The position numbers and the translations under genes were made by a program. Shown in pieces: positions 13,617-27,125 of a DNA stretch of 64,000 bases; position 1 is the stretch's first letter; each line of letters opens with the position of its first letter. Source of the stretch: Podarcis gaigeae (Eukaryota); NCBI GenBank assembly GCA_964106915.2, contig OZ066920.1; one strand, given 5' to 3'. The notes beneath the pieces were generated by a model that saw only the letters and a program-made list of their open reading frames with translations, ran no database searches and was not told where the DNA came from.

Positions 13617-15739
13617 GAAACCCTCTCTTGGGTTTCTGATTTGGGGAATAGGCTATACCATTTTGAACTGCTCTGCCCACCAATTGGTTGCATTCAGACA
13701 GAGCAATTTTTTAGATGTTTTGCGGCTAGTACAAATTATTTTTCCCTTTCCAATCTCCCTTGTGGCTTTACTTAATTTCTCGCATTCAGTCATGGTACTT
13801 CACATAAAATGGGAGAGGTGGGGATTTAAAAACTATCCACTCACCACCATTTTAATTTAACTTGAAAAAGCTGAGAGTACCAGGAAAGTACATTAAACAG
13901 ATGTGTAAACTTCAAAACTTGTAACTTAAAATATATATATGCACACACCTATCTATTTTATGAGATGTACAACTTATTTCCAAGCTTCAAAAACCATGTT
14001 TGTCACTAGGTATAAATACTTCTTGTGCTATTTGGAAGTCACAGCAAATTCAGCTTTCCTAAATTCCCAGAATGTGTATACCTACATATTTATAACAAAT
14101 AACAAAACAAAACAAAAAATAGAAATAGGTGCAGAAAACGGAGATATTAATATTAAACCTTTTTAAAAAGAAGCTCAGACAGTTATAAGAAATATGATTG
14201 CATCAGCTCTTAAGGCTTCGTTTTCATACTCCAACTGAACAGACTTTAAGGAAACTGGTGTTCTGAGTCATAAGCTGTGTTCAGGTGCTTATGTCTAATC
14301 ATGGTTTGGTGTTGTGAGAACCAACAGGTTTACACACTCCCTCCTTTCTTGGCTTGTGGAGATCAGTAACTCATCATTTGCAGTAAACTATAGCGTGCTT
14401 TTTCCTCCAACCAGGCAAACTGGGATCTAAATATCAGTATGTGAAGGGAATGAGAAGGAAGGAGTGTGTGAGCTTAAGGCTCGGTCTCATAACAGCAATC
14501 CATGATAGCACCCATGGTGTCAATTTACTCATAAACGTAAGATACTGGAGGCCAATTGATTTTTTATTGTCTCCTATACCATCTGGACTAGCAGCAGATA
14601 CCACCTTGCCAAAGCAGTAATGGTAGCTCTGAACAGCACAGAGAAGAAAGTCTTTATGAAGTACTCTGTGTGCAGTATTGGCTATATTGACAATCGTTCT
14701 GAAGGTTTGCAAAATAATTCTTCCCTGGTATATACATCTTTTTCTGCTAACATAGGCAGATACTTGCTAGGAAGGATAAAATAATGGATGATTTGATTTT
14801 TTTAAAATTGAATTTTCAATAAAACAAATGATATCTGGGGCTTTTTTAATATACTTCCTTTTACTAATATATCAATATTCATGGTTAGGTGATGCTATAA
14901 TTGGTCCTGTATAAACAGCAGTTAAAGTATGTGTTTCCTCATAGCTTTCAACAAAAAATCTGTTGCTGCAGTCTATTATTCAATACCCATTGTCTCCATT
15001 CACACATTGTGGCAGGTCATAAACCATAAACAAACCTTAGCTTTCCATCATGGTTTCTTTGGAGAGAAACAAACCACAGGCACTGATTCACACAACACAG
15101 TAAGCCAAGGCTTACTGCTCCTAACCTGAGAAAGGGCAGAGTGAAACAGTAGTGTGCACAAGCACGCAACTTGTTCATGGTAAGCCATGGTTTATGGTTT
15201 ACCATGACATGCAAATGCATGCAGAATCAAAATTTATGGCTGCCTTCTCATATATCAGAATGTAGTGTATTTGCTTCTGAGTCAAATGGCTCATCCACAC
15301 TTTTTCTTGACCCATGTTTTGATTAATTTCCCAAGATCTCATTGTTTTGCAGCTGTCCCTTGCAAAAATCTGATCTTACCACTGAGCTGAAGCTGAAGCA
15401 AAATCTCTCTTCGGATTTTACAGGAATCTCATAATATCTGGTTCAGTGTGTAAAAACAAATTATATGCCTTGAACCAATACACTGGGTACTGGACTCCTC
15501 TTTCCCATTTCCCTGCATCAGTGCTTCACAACTATTTTAAAATTATTTTGACTGTGTATTTTCCATCTTGTCAGATTCTTTTAAAGGGGGGGGGGGGGAG
15601 AATAAGAATCAGCAAACATTGCCATCCCATCCACATCCAATAGTTCAAATGAATCATGCTTTCATCACTGTAAAGTGGCGTATAAACCCAAAAAATTAAA
15701 CTGGCCAGTGCTTTGACTATTTCGAAAAGTCCAAATTTT

Positions 15740-15971
15740 ACCATACCCATTGAGTCAATTACCCATCTCCTACTACCCTTCTGAGAAAAACCCCACCCCA
15801 CCTTCCCACTATATATAAGGGTCTGGTGACTTCTGTTTCAGTGTATCTGAAGAAGTGTGCATGCACCCAAAAGCTTATAGAGAGAACAAACTTAGTTGGT
15901 CTCTAAGGTGCTACTGGACAATTTTTCTATTTATTTCAACTGCATCAGACCAACATGGCTACCTACCTGAA
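15740..15971 (+). mobile_element. Penelope-like element 3' end/pseudo-LTR with a decayed hammerhead
   Basis: A TATA-like TATATAAG is followed by GTAT-CTGAAGA-A-GTGTGCATGCACCC-AAAA-GCTT-ATAG (15843-15880), then TTAGTTGGTCTCTAAGGTGCTAC...CAGACCAACATGGCTACC. Flanks carry an imperfect repeat, TCCAAATTTT/TCCAAAATTT. Confidence 0.8.
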
Positions 15972-16576
15972 TCCAAAATTTGTGTCATTCTTTATGGCAG
16001 AATGAAATGGAAAGTAGGATTCTTTTCTCTTGAGTAACTATTTTGAAGACTATGTCTTGCATTTCCTATTGCTGCTAGCAGATAATTTTCTGATGGCCAA
16101 TTAATTTCAAGTCCCACTGCTGAGTTAGCCCAATACCATCAACTCAGTACGCTTTACTCCAGAAGAGCAAGTGAAAGAAAAAGAGCCATTTGAGGACAAC
16201 CTAGATATATGTGATTACATGGGCTAAAGAGTCTATCTATGGTATAATAATTTAGCTTATAGCTTGTGTAACCTTCAACCAGTCATAGTCCAGACACTGT
16301 GCTGGTCTTTGGATCAGAGGACCTATCTTTAAAAATGTTATACCAATGCCAAATGCTTGGGGGGGGGGAATTAAGCGACCCTTGATATTTTATTGAAAGC
16401 AGGGTACAAATCCCACAAATAAAAAGCCTCTAACTGCACAAATAGACTTCTAAAATACCACTAGAAAGCAAGGGAAACATCTAACATCAGCTCAAAGTGC
16501 AGCAAAAAATTTCAGTGCAGATAGCACCCACTCTTTCCCCCTCTAAGGTCAAAACAGAAAATGCCACAAGACTGCC

Positions 16577-16661
16577 TGCAATCCTATAAACATTTACCTG
16601 CTAATATACCCCACAGAACTCGAACGGAGCCTACTTCTGAGTAGATATGTATAAGATTGCA
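16577..16661. repeat. Short palindromic MITE-like repeat (related copies ~12710-12799, ~59850-59938, ~63318-63408)
   Basis: Ends TGCAATCCTATA / TATAAGATTGCA; the copies share a GAACTCA.TGGGACTTAC...GAGTA-like core. Confidence 0.6.
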
Positions 16662-17884
16662 CTAGTATATTAGGTAACTTAACTCTTGTGGTGACTTTTA
16701 TTCCACATTAACAGTTACTGTACTGTTTCAGAAAACCCAGCACCTTAAGCTATGAGGAAATATTACCATTTATCCCATTTTAAGTGAAGTGAAAAAAAGC
16801 TTTATTAATTTTCCCATTCACCTGTATCTCAATATGGGACAACATTTCCTTTTGTATTTTGAGTACCTTGGTTAGTTCTGGGTGAAAAATACCAAAATAT
16901 ACATTGCATCACTAGTTTTTCTGACAGGCCATCATGAAAAGTCAGTATATCACACAAAGTCTATATATCTCAGGGCGTGTGAGAATTAAAATCTTGTCTC
17001 TTCATGATAATTTTGCTCTTGAAACATTACACCAGTAAAATACATCAATTAATTCTTTTAACTGCCTACCCTTTGGGCAAGGATCATTCTGTTTCTGTGT
17101 TTCCTACAGTATTATCTACCACTTATAGGAAATAAATATTAGAAGCCAGAGTAGTATAGCAGCAGTTGTTGTCACACCCCAGCCAGGTGGTTTCACATCT
17201 GCTATAATCCTAGGATTTGGTTAATATAAATTATTTCCTTTTGAATAAATTGTAAATTGACTGAGATCAATGTACAACGTAAGGAGTCAATGTCAAGCCA
17301 AGGAATTACCAAGAAAACACAAAACGACCAACTAATGTTTTCTAGATAGGAATGAGATACATGATTATTCCACAGCATGTTGAATATCTATATGCAATTT
17401 GTTGTCCACTATCACAATTGAATCCCCCCCCCCCCCAATTTTTTGGTAGCATTTAATTTTCATGCCATTGTTGTTGCTACATCTGTACTGCATTCCATTC
17501 TACTTTGATCAATCCCAATTTGCTGTTTTCTGAACGTATTCTGTGATCATGTCTAACTATACCATATCATATGTTTCTGCTTTAGTTGGCGTTTAGCACA
17601 ATCTCCACATATGACAGTCATGCCTTCCTTTTCCAGTCCTCTATATTGGATCCCTTTACTGCTTCCTCAAAATCCTTCATGTGCTGTAACATGTTCAAAG
17701 TGTTCCAGACAATTTTAAATCTACCGACTCATTACACAATGTCATGCAACATTTCACTGGGATTTTTAAAAGGGGGGAATAATTAATAACTAATTAATTC
17801 ATTGAGCTTTTTAGTAGTCTTCCAAAATAGTTTATATGTTTTACTTAGTTCAATATAATTAATAATAAATAATAATAAAATAAT

Positions 17885-18280
17885 AATTTATTATTTATAC
17901 CCCACCCATCTGGCTAGGTTTCCCCGAGTGTTAAAAACAATACAGCATTAAATAATAAAAACTTCCCTAAACAGGGCTGCCTTCAGATGTCTTTTAAAAA
18001 TAGGATAGCTGCTTATTTCCTTGACATCTGATGGAAGGGCGTTCCACAGGGTGGGCACCACTACCAAGAAGGCCCTCTGCCTGGTTCCCTGTAACCTCAC
18101 TTCCCGCAATGAGGGAACCGCCAGAAGGCCCTTGGCGCTGGATCTCAGTGTCAGGGCTGAACGATGGGGTGGAGATGCTCCTTCAGGTATACAGGACTGA
18201 GGCCGTTTAGGGCTTTAAAGGTCGGCACCAACACTTTGAATTGTGCTCAGAAACGTACTGGGATCCAATGCGGATTTCTC
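17885..18280 (-). mobile_element. L2-clade LINE 3' end, relatively young
   Basis: The minus strand ends GATGGGTGGGGTATAAATAATAAA. The body has TTCAAAGTGTTGGTGCCGACCTTTAAAGCCCTAAACGGCCTC (FKVLV.TFKALNGL) and AGGGCCTTCTTGGTAGTGGTGCCCACCCTGTGGAACGCCCTTCC (RAF.VV.PTLWNALP). Confidence 0.85.
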
Positions 18281-19145
18281 TTCAAGCGGCATATTTATTA
18301 TTTTACTTAAAATTAACTATATTGCATATGATATAAGCATTCTCACCCCAGTGTCTAACAGAACTATAATTCATCCACAGCCTCCATGCTGGCACTGAGA
18401 TTGCAAGAGCAGCTGAGTTCAAGAGGGCCATAATAATCATATGTACACATAGTGGTGAAACATATTTGTTGCCATGTAATGCAAGAAGACCCTGAAATAT
18501 GAATACAAGTGATATCAAATCATTGGGGCTTTGCTTTATGCTGTACAGAGGTTGAAAGCTCACAAATGCACTGTTCTTAGACGAATGAAAGTGATCATGT
18601 ACTACTGGATGAAAATAAAGCTAAAAATAAGGATGTCCAAAAAAAGCTATTTTGAAAGTCATGGATATCAGTCTAATAAATCTAAATTAGCCCATTAAGA
18701 ACACCCCAAAATCAAAATTATTGTGTTGATCAACTATGGTCCCTTGAGCTCTCTGCTTTTCCAGGTGGCTGCAGTCAGATCTCTTGGAATAATGGAGTGC
18801 TCAAATCTCTGATAGTTAATTGTGCTGGATTACTGTTTGGCAACCAACCAACTTCTGGGCCTAGGGATAGATCATTTTATTTAATGGTTCATCACAAGAC
18901 TCCAAACAGCATGCAAACATAGATCACTGGTCCATTTCTGCCAAGGAACAACAAGAAAAACATGGAGGAAGGAGGAAGATTATCACACCTGCAAGATACC
19001 TGTTAGACTGTTAGCTAAGTGATCATCTGAAAAATCAGGATGGTGGATGAGGATTTTTCTTTTTAAACTCTGGGCTGGATATTAAATAGTAAGAGCTGTG
19101 CTCTAAAAAGTTTAAAAGTAGCAACTAAACACCGTACAAAAGATC

Positions 19146-19269
19146 CAGTAAAAACAACCTGATGCCCTCCAGATGTTGAACTACAGCTTCCATTTATTGG
19201 TTGTAGTGCCAAGGACAGATGGGAGTTGGGATCCAACAATATCGGTAAGACATCAGGTTCCCCACTCTA
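19146..19269. mobile_element. Palindromic non-autonomous hAT-type MITE, decayed
   Basis: Imperfect inverted arms AACCTGATGCCCTCCAGATGTTGAACTACAGCTTCCAT and ATGGGAGTTGGGATCCAACAATATC..CATCAGGTT. Confidence 0.6.
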
Positions 19270-22200
19270 GGTTTACCATTTTGATTTTCAGACATGTTTA
19301 TTTGCAAGAAGAAACAAACATGTTTTATCATGTATAAATATTCCTCAGATATATCTCAGCAAAATAGGATTAGTCACTGTGCATAAATCAAGTACACAGC
19401 ATTGCTCTTTATCTAAATTCAGAAGTGCAGTCTGCATGTACATCAGTAGCTTTCAGGTAAAGAATATTATATCCTATTGTCTCACAGTGAAGAAGAGGAG
19501 CAAAGTACTTTGTTTTGCAAGTGTAAAGTCACACCCCAGTTGCACCTGTTTCCACCGTCAAACCCACAAGTAACTATTAACAGGGAGGAAACTCCTACTC
19601 TCTAGAAATTGCTAACAATTCATTTATTCTATATATTTTAAAACTTTAATTCTTGATGGCTAGAAGTTTATATAAGAAAATATGTACTCCTCCAGCAATT
19701 CAATAAACCACCACTACCATTTACTTGTGGGCACATTAGTCTGACATTTGAAACCATGAGTTGTTCTTCTGTAAGCTGGAAGTTCCCCTCTGTCCCTCCC
19801 ACCTCTCTCACACACAACTCACAACTTTTCTCTGGGGCAGCACCTCCTTCTTGTGGTTGACAAACGGACAACCATGCTTGTGTGCCTCCCCTGGGCCAGC
19901 TGAGAGGGAGCGAAAGGCCACCACCACCGCCACTGCCCACTGAGGAGGGAGTAAGAGGAAGGCGGGAAAGCACTGCCGGAGCCATGTATGTTGCCCAGAA
20001 CGCTTCACTAGAAGGACAGGAGGGAGAGGCAACACAGTGGCGCTCCTGGCTTCACGCTTCTCTGCCTTATCCCTGCTTCCAGGTTGGGACTAGTTTGCAA
20101 GGAGAGACTCCCTTGATTAGACCAGCAAAGGGAATGACCACTGCCCAGTCCACTGGGGAGCACAACACTTGCCCCACCAGGGGTGCCGGCAACCCACGCT
20201 ATGTCTCTGCTCCCAAGCTATCACCTGTGACTGACTGTTAGATGCCAAGGTTGTTGTTTTTATAGAGTCTGCATGCCTGACGTTTGCCCATTCCTGCTCA
20301 GAGATCACTGGGGCAGTTTGGCTAAGAAAAAAGAGTTTCAGATTTTCCATTTACCATGTCACCATCCAAGCATCAATTCTACTATCTTCTGGTACTAGTT
20401 GCAGCCAGGGGAAAAAACAGGAAATGGTCATAAATTCACTTTATTCTTTGAGACAGGTCAATGTTGAGTGGCCTAGTTGCATCTGTTCCAGTTATAAAAA
20501 CTTTTGTTGCTACATTTTTATGAGCTTAGCTGACAGAGGCACAAAGCCAACAAATACTATGATGAGAAACAACAACACTTTGGGGAACCACTCCTTAATT
20601 CTGTTCATCTGACTTCCGCAAATAGTCATGAAAATAATCACTGGAATATTTTTTTAAAAAAACAAACAAACCCTACAATCTTTATGCTGGCTTGATCAGT
20701 AGTTTTTTTTTTTTAAGGGGTAGAAAAGACAGGGGTTAGAGCATCTTATCTAAGTGCAAATGTGGAAATTCTCCTTGGATTGTAAAAGTCCCCAGGGGAA
20801 GGCTTTCTGATACCGCAAGCATTCAAGACACCAATCTTGGTTAATCACTAACAGGTTAACATCTCTGAAAGTAATACTGTCTAACAAGAGAGGAATGTAC
20901 AGTCTGGTTCTCATAAAATTTCAGACCTAGGACAAAACAGAGGAATCTGGTAGGACTACTACTTTCAAAAATATTAATTAATAACACATTACCAGTCTGA
21001 TAAAAAATATGGCCTGCCATTATCTGCTTTCCAGACATAAAATGAGACTTAGAAGGTTTATAAATGGCTCTTACCATTATAAAAAATACACATCATTCTA
21101 TACTCAGGTGTCTGAATAAAAGTTGGGAAAGTAGAAGCAGCTATTTCAGAATTAAATACATTGCCAAAACAAAGGACAAGGTCCCGGGAAGTACAAGAAA
21201 CAACAGACAAGGTTATAGGAACCTTATATATATTACATTATTCAAAGCAAAGACTAGGCTGCCATTTTTAGGTATAAAAATTCACTGGACATATTGAAAA
21301 CATAGATCAGTTTGTGTTGTGGTGGTTCAGAGATATGTTCTTTTAAGTGTGTGCTTGAATGGGCTATTATCAGACACATTTCCATTAATTTCAGTGCTTT
21401 TCAGGTCACAGAGAAGTGTATGCAGACACAGTTCTTGAAATATTCTGGAATCAGCCCTTAACAACTTTGCCCTGAGTTTTATGAATATTAGAGATTACTA
21501 TTTAACTAACTACAATCAGTCCATTTTTAGTATCTACAAAATTAGGACCTTTGTTTATCTGAGATATCTACAATCACTAACCACTTCTTGAAAATTAATA
21601 TTGGGCTGTAGTATTGCCTTGGAATAAGGCCTGCAAGTAGCTGCTCAGCTGGAAATGCTATGATGTGTAGATGAAAATAAACCAATACTCTAGTGGGACA
21701 CTGCTGCACCATGCTCTGCTTGACATTGGGCACAAGGATGCTCAACTCAGCACCGACATTCAGTGGAGCAAGGAGAGCTGAATACACTGCTAGCAGAGAG
21801 GTAAACTTCTGAATTATCTCCATATTTGAAATCAAGGAGAGCTAGCATATCTAAGGTTGGAAAGGAGACCCTCATACAACCGTTTTCCAGTCCAGCCTTA
21901 GAGCTCAAAGCCAAGAGAAGAGGGACAGGCTCAGCCTAACACATGATTGTTTCATTGTTTTCTTCCAACCTAAAAGCAGAAGCAGATAGGTCAAAGGATG
22001 GAAAGGAGAGCATCCTTGTGCCCAGTGTCAACAGCACAACTCTAAATATGAAGCAAAGTGCTGCTTCGTTTTATCATGTCAACCAGCAGAAGGAAGACAA
22101 AAAAGCAATAGAAATCGGCAATGCCCATTCATCACAAGGACATGGCAAGGAAGGAACATTCAAGAAGTATCAACAAAGCAGAGGATCCATAGCACAGCAA

Positions 22201-23534
22201 TTTCTAGAACCTTCCACCCTGTGCCTCGCTACAGATTCCAGATATTTTGAATCACAGTGCACTACATAGTAGTGAAAGTCCAGGAAGAAATTTGGCTGGA
22301 AAAATAATGCAAATTTTGGGGGCCATCTTTGCTCCAGCACTAAGATACAAAAAGCTGCTTAATCAAAATATTTTTAAAAAGCCAACACGGTTAAATGCCA
22401 ATATTATGTCCAGTAATACTGCTAACAATAATTGAAAGGTGTAATCCACAAAATAGTAGTGTCCAGAGGCAAGAATTCAATTGTTGGTTTCACTGTGAGA
22501 TTTTAATACAATTTGTTTTGAAGGATAACTTTATACTATCTTTTTATTTTTATTTTAAAAGTTTCTGGTTTTACTTTTTCAAAGCAATATGATGTCAAAT
22601 GAATTCCTGAGGGTGTTATTTTTTTTTTTTTTTATTTGAAGGGGGTTATAAAACTTTTAAAAGGCTGATTTATTTTAGACCATTTTAAACACATACCAAC
22701 CTTACTTGGACCCAGGCCAGACAAAAAATTCCATCTGAACTGACACCCTACAAACACATGTTACCAGTAACCACTATTGAGCTTAAAGAAATAAATGAAA
22801 TACTATACCTTTGGCAATGCAGCACTTGGCACCTTGTCAAGGATTCATAGGAGAAAGGTATGTCTCCTATTCTATACTGTGCTCTGGCCTATGCAATAAA
22901 TATTTTCTCTATCTACAGAAACTAAGTTTCCATTACAATTTTTAAAAATAAATTATGACCTATTTTACAAAAGTCATCCTAGAGCAAAATAAAGATCACA
23001 GTGACTGCTCTTCTCAACATGCACTATATTAAAAAGTGTGTATTTGTGTGTGTTAGTGTGTACACATTGATGCAGGGGCAGGATAAAATAACAACATGAT
23101 TTCTTGAAGTGTAAATAGAATGATCTAGTGAGATCCAGAAAATAGCTAAGATTTCCTAACCACTGTGATTCAGTATGTGTGATGGGCAGCCATCACACCA
23201 TGTCTACCACCAAGATAGCACAGTCATGATCCTATTCTGAACCAGCAGCAGGGCAACAGATCAAATAGCTGTAAAACAAAACAAATGTAGCAACAATGAC
23301 AGCTACACCCATAGTATCTCTGGTAAATCCACTAACAAGCACCAATCAGGTGGTTGCAACTTTTGACATCCCCATATTACCAACACCAATGCAATTGCAA
23401 AACAAAAAAGCCTAAACATGAACTAACCACTTCAATATACACATCCCGTCTGCCCACAATTCATAAGGTACAATGGCACTGCACATAGGAGGTCTCCACA
23501 AAGAACCAAGAGATGTCAAAAGGGAAGGGAAGGG

Positions 23535-23757
23535 AACAGAGAACAGTGGTCAGACTGTCTGACCAAGATCTGGGAGAGCAGGATTCAAATCCTCACTTGG
23601 CCATCATACTTTAATTGGGTGACCTTGGGCCAGTCACTGTCTCTCAGCCTAACATATCTCACAGGATCGTTGTGAGGATTAAATGAGGAGGAGAACCATG
23701 CCTACCAAATTGAGCTCTTTGAAGAAAAAGGTGGGATAGAAATGCAATAAAATAAAG
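23535..23757 (+). mobile_element. MIR/CORE-type tRNA SINE with L2-like tail (Squam3-like)
   Basis: B-box GGATTCAAATCC, CORE-like GTGACCTTGGGCCAGTCAC...CTCACAGGATCGTTGTGAGGATTAAATG, and tail AAAGGTGGGATAGAAATGCAATAAAATAAA. Confidence 0.8.
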
Positions 23758-26700
23758 ATATGAGTCCAGCTATGACCATATGCAGACAAATGCTATAATC
23801 CTGCAGGCAATGTGTGTGCAATACATTCTTTTGTAGGTTGAGGGATGGAGGTTACCAGCCTATGGAACTGAAGCAATCACATAAAGCTTACAATGGTCAG
23901 CGTTATAAGCTTCCCAAACACAAACCATCTTTTTAATTAACAATAAATTCAGATGAATAAAGGTAGAAGCAGCAATCAGACCCCAAATCCGACTACAGAA
24001 ACCAACATTCTATCCACACAGCCCTAAGTGCAGTTGGAAGACAGATCCATTATGAGGCATTTATAATGTCCCAGAGTTAAATTCATGACATTCCCCCTAC
24101 AAGCATGGGAGTGCTCCCAGCCATAGTACTGAAGGGCCCCTGAATGGGAAATAATTGTTGAGGTTGTAAAACCAATAAAAAATTATTTACAAAAAATAAA
24201 AAAGTGAAGGAACAGTGGTGGCAGGTCCTTTAGCCTTCCCCTTTATTGGAGGAGAGCTATACTGGACGTGCTGCATTGCCTACCCTGCAGCCCCAAAGCT
24301 TAGCCTGCAGTCCTGTTGCCAGTGTTGAAATTCAACTACCAGTCCAGTCAGCTTGTGGAACAAGAGTGCAGATGTTGTCTTGTGCTTCGACTCAGAAAGC
24401 AAAATGCCTTATGCCGATCCCAGTTATAAGTTTCTCCATGTACTCAATTCATGGAGACCAGCTGCTGGATTTAACATCGCAGCAGTAACAAGGGACAATA
24501 TTTAACTTCACCTCTGCTATTGATGAGTAGTTGTGGTAGTTAAGAACCCACTGCCTCCTCTTCTCAATATAGGAGTCCCCAAATTGATGTACCTGATGTA
24601 ACCATTAGAAAGCTAGTGATTCACAATCCACAAACTATCAGAGACACAGCTAAAGCAGTCACAGCTTTCAGGGATGCCAAACTTTCTGCTCTTGAAAGGC
24701 CTCAGCCTGAGAAAGCAGCATGAGGGAGAAAAGCTTTTGCTATCACTGCATATCCATGCCAGGTTGAGCTGGACCTGTGCACTCTGTGACTATATGACAG
24801 CCCTGCTCAAATCCTACAGAATCCTACACAAGAACAGCTTGTTTCCATTGGTCATTACAGCTTATGGTCTGCATGGTGAAAGGCTGCCTGGTGACCTGTG
24901 GGGAAACAACAGAAACAGAGGGATGGTGATAAATAATGGGCAGCAACAAGAACCAAAAGTTCTGGCAACTAAGTGCTCATTATGGGTTGGTGAGTGCAAA
25001 ACTGAGAAAGTATGCTAACAGCAAGATGCTGTTCATTCCCCCATGACTCCACTTAGCTCTCCACTCTCTTCTAACTAGCAGTTGGCCCCTCCCATCTCTG
25101 GCACTTATGGACTTTCTCCTGATAAAGGACATAATGTAGTCATTAATGCAATGCTCACCCATTATTATAGGAATACTAACTGTAATTTCTGTTTGTTCAT
25201 GTACTCTCTCTTTGATCCTGCAAGACAAAATGAGTCATGCATGTTTGGCCTGCAATGGTAGTTTAAGTAGAGCAGAGTAGACTGGTCAACCAATAACGGT
25301 GGCCATATTCTCCATTGCTTCTTCTAGTACATGGCAGGAGCTTGGTGGCATTTGGGTGTCTGTGGTCAACAGAGGCTCCCTTCCTGGAAAGTATACACTT
25401 ACCCTGTAGAGGAGACTATGCTACTTCTGGCTTATTAAGCCTATTAAGTGTCTTCTCATATTCTTAAAAGTGAAAGTTGCACTGTTGTTATTGGTATTGT
25501 CTCCACTTCCATCCCTTTTCTTGACATTTAATGAAAGAAGGATGGAGGATGTACAGGTATCATAGTCTGAGGCATGGTCTCCACTTCCTCCCTCCAGTTT
25601 CACCTTCCGTGGCTTACCTGTGTGGAATGCCTTGGTGTTGTGTCTTCAGCTGCACAGTGGTAGTAGTTCCTGATGAATTAGATTGTCAAGAATCGGAAAG
25701 CAAGTTTATTGTGTTGCTTCTGGGAACACGTGTTCTTTGTTCTTCTTGGCTGTTGAGTGTTTATTAGTAGCACAAAATGCTTGCTTTGTACAACGTATCT
25801 TATCACCAGAGTTCTTATTTGTACCGAATAGAGTCTCTGGGTAGAGGGTCAAAGTGAGGTAGCTCACACCACACAACTTGAAATATATCTGTTGTTTCCT
25901 GGCTGGACATGATATTACCCTTATCAATGGGCTTAAGAATTAATTCAAATGATACTTATATTATCAGTGTGGGGATGGAGAGGTGATGAGAAAAGTCATT
26001 TCGGAGTCCTCCCACTGACCCCCAGTGGGACTATTCTAATTTATACCAACTCTTTGGTATGTATTATATAATTTTTGAAAGAGAATCAACTCTTGTGAAC
26101 GTAGGATACCAACTTCCACTCCTTGCTCCCATCGTGATGCCTCTACATCTTCACTAGGTTGTCTCCTTTGTGCTAACAGAGTCCTGCCAGCAGCTGATGC
26201 TTCTGCCCTCATCCACCTAGTGTTGTGCTTTGGTTGCCTATGTTAGTTTAGGAACAATCTTATCCTCAAGTTATATTCACCAGGAGTACTAATTGATAAT
26301 ATTTCCTTGTAACTGGATTTCACTAATTCAGAGACTTCCTAAAAAATAACTCATAATTCATTTAAAAATCTAATAATGAGTAACAGGTTTGTTTTTTTAA
26401 AAAAAGGAAAAAGGTTAAGCTGAACTCAGAGGAAATAAAGGATAATGTAACATTAAACACCTCTTTTATCATTCTGTTTAACTTGTGTACATCAACATAC
26501 ACTACTGCCTCTGCAAATTCTGGGTACTACTTTTGAGGCAAGTTGTTTCCCATTTGGTAAGGGGGGAAGAATTTGGTCTGGAGTGCAAGCTTCCAGGAAG
26601 AATCAAACACCAATGGGCTAAGAAACAGAAAGGGGTCGAGCTGCAGAGATAAAATTGTGTAGGCAGATTACTTAAACAAAGGCTCCCATCATAATTTGTA

Positions 26701-26894
26701 TTTTATTTTCTCCCTAATAAGTAATTTTTGCTAGTGTACTGATGGTGTACAAACCAAACAAGAGAAACCTGGGTCAGCACACATGTAAAATATACACTTA
26801 GCAAATGTATGGACTTCATGCTTAGGAAATAACTTAAGGGGAAAATACATGATTTGCTTTTACTTTTTCATTTGCTTGGGTGTCAATTTATTTA

Positions 26895-27125
26895 CAGTGG
26901 TACCTCGGGTTAAGTACTTAATTCGTTCCGGAGGTCCATTCTTAACCTGAAACTGTTCTTAACCTGAAGTACCACTTTAGCTAATGGGGCCTCCCGCTGC
27001 TGCCGCGCGATTTCTGTTCTAATCCTGAAGCAAAGTTCTTAACCCGAGGCACTATTTCTGGGTTAGCGGAGTCTGTAAACTGAAGCGTATGTAACCTGAA
27101 ACATATGTAACCCAAGGTACCACTG
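26895..27125 (+). mobile_element. Tc1/mariner (Tigger/pogo-like) MITE, family A, copy 1
   Basis: Terminal inverted repeats (TIRs) CAGTGGTACCTCGGGTTA / TAACCCAAGGTACCACTG, TA on both sides, 231 bp, no ORF. Confidence 0.9.

Noticed and set aside
21560-26340. Moderately GC-richer region with several 80-115 aa ORFs, possibly an old retroelement or hidden gene (likewise ~11500-12550)
   Set aside because: No RT, integrase, endonuclease or cellular protein motif could be recognised with confidence; a profile search (tblastn or Dfam) is needed.
26895-27125. Regularly repeated TAACCTGAA motifs suggesting a CRISPR-like array
   Set aside because: Eukaryotic sequence; the motifs are internal repeats of a TA-flanked MITE with no unique spacers of constant length.
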